A stretch of 39,860 bases of DNA from Bacteriovoracia bacterium. GTDB taxonomy: Bacteria > Bdellovibrionota > Bacteriovoracia > Bacteriovoracales > Bacteriovoracaceae. The notes beneath the pieces were generated by a model that searched no databases, had not been told where the DNA came from, and worked only from the letters and a program-made list of their open reading frames with translations. Location of the stretch: assembly GCA_046570105.1 (NCBI GenBank), contig JBKHVI010000023.1, positions 1 to 39,860 of the forward strand. Direction: 5' to 3'. Below, piece after piece: positions 35,980 through 39,860 of the stretch. Numbering within the stretch: position 1 is the stretch's first letter; every line of letters starts with the position of its first letter. The position numbers were made by a program, and so were the translations under genes.

Positions 35980-36341
35980 GTAAAATTCTAATAATTGAAG
36001 ATGAAATTTTGATTGCTCAATCACTTCGAAAGTTTTTGGAGAAGAAAGGTCACTCAGTAGAAACCACCGAATCTGGCCATGAGGCCATTAGTTTAATTGC
36101 TCAAAATGATTACGACCGAATAGTTTGTGACTTGATGCTTCAGGATATCTCAGGCTTCGATGTATTAGAAGAATCCAAGCGTCGCTACAGTATTGAGGAA
36201 ATGAGTAAGATATTTATAATTATGACTGCCTATAATTCTCCCCAAGTCCTAGAGAAAGCGCGAGAATATAAGTGCGAAATACTCAATAAACCATTCGAAG
36301 ACTTGCGCGCCGCAATGAGAAAAATTGAGGGAGGGGAGTAA
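35976..36341 (+). CDS. Single-domain response regulator (receiver)
   Basis: ILIIEDE, phosphoacceptor CDLMLQDISG, IMTA, KPF; ATGA overlap with the kinase. Confidence 0.93.
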   Translation: MSKILIIEDEILIAQSLRKFLEKKGHSVETTESGHEAISLIAQNDYDRIVCDLMLQDISGFDVLEESKRRYSIEEMSKIFIIMTAYNSPQVLEKAREYKCEILNKPFEDLRAAMRKIEGGE

Positions 36342-36343
36342 GA

Positions 36344-37234
36344 GTGTCGATCCAAAAAATAGGAATAGCTCTAAAGCCCAATACTCAATCGGACTTTTCC
36401 GCCATCTTACCCAACCTATGCCAGTGGGTTCAGAGAAGAAAAAAAGAAGTTTTTTTTCGTATAAGTGATCAAGAAAGAGTTCAAAAAATTCTGCACAAAA
36501 AAGAACTGAAAGTTAATTTTTTAGCCGATAAAGAATTTTTCTCACAACTAGATATGATCATTTCGTTAGGTGGTGATGGAACCCTTATTGGAGTTTGTCG
36601 CAAAATTTCATCCAAGATTCCCATACTCGGAATCAATCTCGGCCGACTAGGTTTCATTACACCATATAGTAAAAATGAATTCTTCGATCATCTACCATCT
36701 ATAATGGAAGGGAAATTTCGCTCAATTAAGCATCCGCTCTATCATGTGGAAGTTAGACGTAAGGGCAAGAAGATATTCCAACAACCATTCTTTAACGATG
36801 CCGTTATTGCTAAAAACGATATCGCTCGTATGATCCATCTCCGCGTCGAATCTTCTGATGAGCATATTTACAACCTGTCTGCGGACGGATTGATCGTTAG
36901 CTCTACAATGGGCTCAACTGCTTATTCTCTTGCTGCAGGGGGCCCCCTAGTTCATCCGGAAGTACCTGCCTTGATTCTTGCTCCCATATGCCCTCACTCT
37001 CTGACTTATCGTCCTCTCGTTATCCCAACAACATCACGGGTGACACTCAGACTTCAGCCACCTTACCACAGCGTCAACCTAACTCTTGATGGACAAGTCG
37101 TATTTCCAATTGAGGAACACGACGTAATTATGATCAACCACAAACCAGCCAAACGTGTTTCACTTATCAAAAATGACTCGCGCTCTTTTTATGAAACATT
37201 GAAAGAAAAATTCGTCCATGGCAGAAGATCGTAA
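36344..37234 (+). CDS. nadK: NAD kinase
   Basis: LGGDGT, GINLGRLGF, ND, ADGLIVSS..GSTAYSLAAGGP, PICPHSL, DGQ. Confidence 0.96.
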   Translation: MSIQKIGIALKPNTQSDFSAILPNLCQWVQRRKKEVFFRISDQERVQKILHKKELKVNFLADKEFFSQLDMIISLGGDGTLIGVCRKISSKIPILGINLGRLGFITPYSKNEFFDHLPSIMEGKFRSIKHPLYHVEVRRKGKKIFQQPFFNDAVIAKNDIARMIHLRVESSDEHIYNLSADGLIVSSTMGSTAYSLAAGGPLVHPEVPALILAPICPHSLTYRPLVIPTTSRVTLRLQPPYHSVNLTLDGQVVFPIEEHDVIMINHKPAKRVSLIKNDSRSFYETLKEKFVHGRRS

Positions 37235-37245
37235 TGGAGGCCACC

Positions 37246-38883
37246 ATGAAAAAACCAAGCCTAATACTTGAAACACTAAAGCTACAAAATTTTGCCACTT
37301 TTAAAACCCATGAGGTTCATTTTTCTGTTGGGTTGAATGCCATTATTGGAGAAACGGGATCTGGGAAGAGCTTGTTACTAGATGCTCTTCAATTGGTATT
37401 CGGCGGTCGTGCTGACAAAAAAGCTGTTCGACATGGCTGTGACTCAACTGTAGTTGAAGCAGTTATGAAGTTTAGTGATAACGAGATTACGCGAACTCTT
37501 GATGACATGGGTTTTCCTTGCGAAGAAGGTGAAGTCATTATTAAGCGAATGGTACGCAAAGATGGTACTAGCAAATGTTGGCTGAATAACATGACATGCA
37601 GCCTCGGCCAACTTGTGACGTTTTCTCGTCGGTATATCGATCTCGTTGGACAGTTTGAAAATCAAAAACTATTAAGCGATGGATATCAGCTTCGCCTATT
37701 AGATCAATTTGGCCAAACGACCAAAGAAGCCAAAGAGATGAAAGAACAACTCGAAATTTACCGAGCACTCCGTGAAGAAAGAGACCAGCTTGAGCGCTCA
37801 AAATCGGAACGAGAACAGCGTTTAGATTATCTCGACTTTCAAATTAATGAAATTGATTCGCTCGGCCCCGTCGATGGCGAAGAAGAGCAACTAATTGCCT
37901 TAAAAAATGACTTTCTTAATCACGAAAAGAAGCAGCTGCTTCATCACCAACTAAGTGAACTAATCGAGGGTGGTGAACAAAACGGCGGTCTTTCATCGCT
38001 CCTTCGTACTGGCAGAAGTTTATTTGCAAAAAATTCAGCTATGATTCCGGCACATTTCTCAGAAAAGTTCTCCGTGCTTGAATCTTCCTATGAGGAACTT
38101 GCCGCTTCATTTAGAGGGTTGAGCACCAAAGAACTTGATGCTGAAGAACTTCAGCAAGCGATTGATCGCCTCGATCTATATCAAAAGCTAAAGAGAAAGT
38201 TCGGTGGAACAGTTCTCGCCATTATCGAAACTCGCGCACAGTTTGATGCCGAAGCCTCACGATTACGTGAGATCGAAACTGATCTTAGTTCACTATTCAA
38301 AAAACTTCACCTGGCCGAACAAACGGTGCATCGTCTTGCTGATAAATTACACGAGAAACGAGCTGAAAAAGCTGTCGCTTTTTCCAAAGAACTCACTCGT
38401 TGTGTGCAAGAACTTAAAATGACGGGAGCTGAAATTCGCCTAGAGGTTGAGAGATCCAGCGAACTCACAGATGCAGGCTACACCAGACTTTCTTTCCTTG
38501 CGCAAACAAATCCAGGTGAAGGCTTTTTCAGAGTAAAAGAAATTGCTTCTGGTGGTGAACTTTCACGCATTCTATTGGCCCTACGCCAAATACTTGCTAC
38601 CCACGACTCAATTAGTATCTTCCTCTTTGATGAAATAGATACTGGGATGGGGGGGGAGACGGCACTTCACATTGGACGCAGCCTCAAGAAGGTATCGCTA
38701 AACTCACAGGTTGTTACCATTACTCACTTGCCTCAGATTTCTTCATTCGCGGACAAATTAATTGTCGTTTCAAAAACCACAACAGCTGATCAGGGTGAGG
38801 ACAGAACTGAATCTCGTGTGAAAGAGCTCGTGGCGGCGAAGGACATTCGCAAGGAAATAGAAAGAATGACGCCAATTAACTAG
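37246..38883 (+). CDS. recN: DNA repair protein RecN
   Basis: GETGSGKS, coiled coils, ASGGELSR, FDEIDTG, ITHLPQ; follows nadK. Start 37246 has SD GGAGG (alternative start 37234). Confidence 0.95.
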   Translation: MKKPSLILETLKLQNFATFKTHEVHFSVGLNAIIGETGSGKSLLLDALQLVFGGRADKKAVRHGCDSTVVEAVMKFSDNEITRTLDDMGFPCEEGEVIIKRMVRKDGTSKCWLNNMTCSLGQLVTFSRRYIDLVGQFENQKLLSDGYQLRLLDQFGQTTKEAKEMKEQLEIYRALREERDQLERSKSEREQRLDYLDFQINEIDSLGPVDGEEEQLIALKNDFLNHEKKQLLHHQLSELIEGGEQNGGLSSLLRTGRSLFAKNSAMIPAHFSEKFSVLESSYEELAASFRGLSTKELDAEELQQAIDRLDLYQKLKRKFGGTVLAIIETRAQFDAEASRLREIETDLSSLFKKLHLAEQTVHRLADKLHEKRAEKAVAFSKELTRCVQELKMTGAEIRLEVERSSELTDAGYTRLSFLAQTNPGEGFFRVKEIASGGELSRILLALRQILATHDSISIFLFDEIDTGMGGETALHIGRSLKKVSLNSQVVTITHLPQISSFADKLIVVSKTTTADQGEDRTESRVKELVAAKDIRKEIERMTPIN

Positions 38884-39770
38884 TGAGCTCTCGTTCTAAT
38901 AAGCTTGAGCTTTACTAATTCTTCATAGAGGAAGTCTGCTGCCAGACGCTGACCTCGGTCATTAAAATGTACTGGATCCCACCAGATACTAATGTCTTCA
39001 TTAACCTGAGAACTTCTCAAGTGGCTATATAGGTCGATTACAGGCAGAGAATTTTGCTTAATAAATTGATTCAGTTCTTTAATATAATCAGAAGTTTCAA
39101 CTAAGTTATTTGCTTCACTGATATATATAATCTTTGCATTATATTTTTTTGAAACCGCAGAAAACTCAGCTAGCACTCTTGTAAACGAATGGGTTGCCTG
39201 ATTGTAACCAAGGTTTACTAACACATGTGTCGGTTTAAACAAATCCACATTTTTGCTAAACATGGCAAGCATCTCTTCGGGGCTCAAAGCCGATTGTGAA
39301 ATATTAACTGAAACAGCTTCTTGGATTTTATTTATTCTCTCATGTAGTAATGAAAAAAATGTTTTTTCCAACTCACTGGCGCCGGCCCCAATAGTCTGAG
39401 ATGTCCCAACAAACATTAGGCGATTTACATTCATTTCAACAGGAGGAGTATTCTCCATATCGAGTTGCTTGTATTCCCTACAACCACTTTTCTTGTTGCA
39501 AAGAATTGGACCACCAATGATACGTGCCGCAGGATACTTTGAATTTGTAAAATTTCTTATCTCGCCCAATACATTTTCGGGATAAAATATTTTTGTCCGA
39601 TAATAATCTAAGCTCTCCCAGAACCCATTTTCTTTAACCGGCTTCAGGCTTCCTGTTAATGCCTCCACTTGTTGTACTGACATTATTTTCAGATCAATGA
39701 AATACAATGTTGAAACAAAGACTAAGGCTAAATATTTAAAGTAGATAAATGAGTTTAACGAAACACGCAT
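38880..39770 (-). CDS. SGNH/GDSL hydrolase-like membrane-anchored protein
   Basis: N-terminal TM; block I-like FVGTSQT, block III-like NLGYNQ, block V DPVHFN.RGQ; start uncertain. Confidence 0.7.
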   Translation of the reverse strand: MRVSLNSFIYFKYLALVFVSTLYFIDLKIMSVQQVEALTGSLKPVKENGFWESLDYYRTKIFYPENVLGEIRNFTNSKYPAARIIGGPILCNKKSGCREYKQLDMENTPPVEMNVNRLMFVGTSQTIGAGASELEKTFFSLLHERINKIQEAVSVNISQSALSPEEMLAMFSKNVDLFKPTHVLVNLGYNQATHSFTRVLAEFSAVSKKYNAKIIYISEANNLVETSDYIKELNQFIKQNSLPVIDLYSHLRSSQVNEDISIWWDPVHFNDRGQRLAADFLYEELVKLKLIRTRAH

Positions 39771-39860
39771 TAATAAAAGACAAGGTGGTGTAAGAAATCT
39801 TGTGTAAATTCTGATTTGGCCTAAGCATGGCCCTCTCCATAGAATTGGTTTGCTTCAACT

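Noticed and set aside
545..38422. Remaining short ORFs (60-143 aa) in the track, nested in or antisense to called genes
   Set aside because: No motifs or ribosome-binding sites noticed; explained as shadow ORFs of well-supported genes.
1..39860. tRNA/rRNA genes, CRISPR arrays, transposases, integrases, phage or defence genes
   Set aside because: None recognised; intergenic gaps are short and show no cloverleaf or regularly spaced direct repeats.

Overview
Bacterial chromosomal segment, gene-dense and AT-rich. Gene content and order suggest a predatory Bdellovibrionota (Bacteriovoracia-like) organism; this is an inference. Left to right: (1) a deltaproteobacterial-type type IVa pilus locus (partial pilD, pilI/pilH ABC pair, an oppositely oriented pilG-like gene, pilA, pilC, pilT, pilB; no pilS/pilR); (2) aroE, ribF, a complete MoxR-DUF58-Bat (VWA/TPR) cluster, an RlmI-like methyltransferase and an exported protein; (3) an RqcH/NFACT-like gene head-to-head with mutS2, 9 bp apart; (4) lepB, a transpeptidase-only PBP, rlmE, nth, an inositol monophosphatase-family gene, a small ORF and a polytopic membrane protein; (5) a sigma-28-type promoter and highly structured leader ahead of fliD-fliS-fliT-like, then a Maf-N-like protein, two divergent GT9-like proteins, a helical protein, a soluble histidine kinase, a receiver protein, nadK and recN; (6) a convergent SGNH-like gene. 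No rRNA, tRNA, CRISPR or mobile element was seen. The best leads are the MutS2/RqcH-like pair with an altered tRNA-reading motif, the split Maf/GT9-like module coupled to a two-component system behind fliDST, the ~200-nt multi-hairpin fliD leader, and a perfect 26-bp palindrome at the pilH/pilG-like junction.
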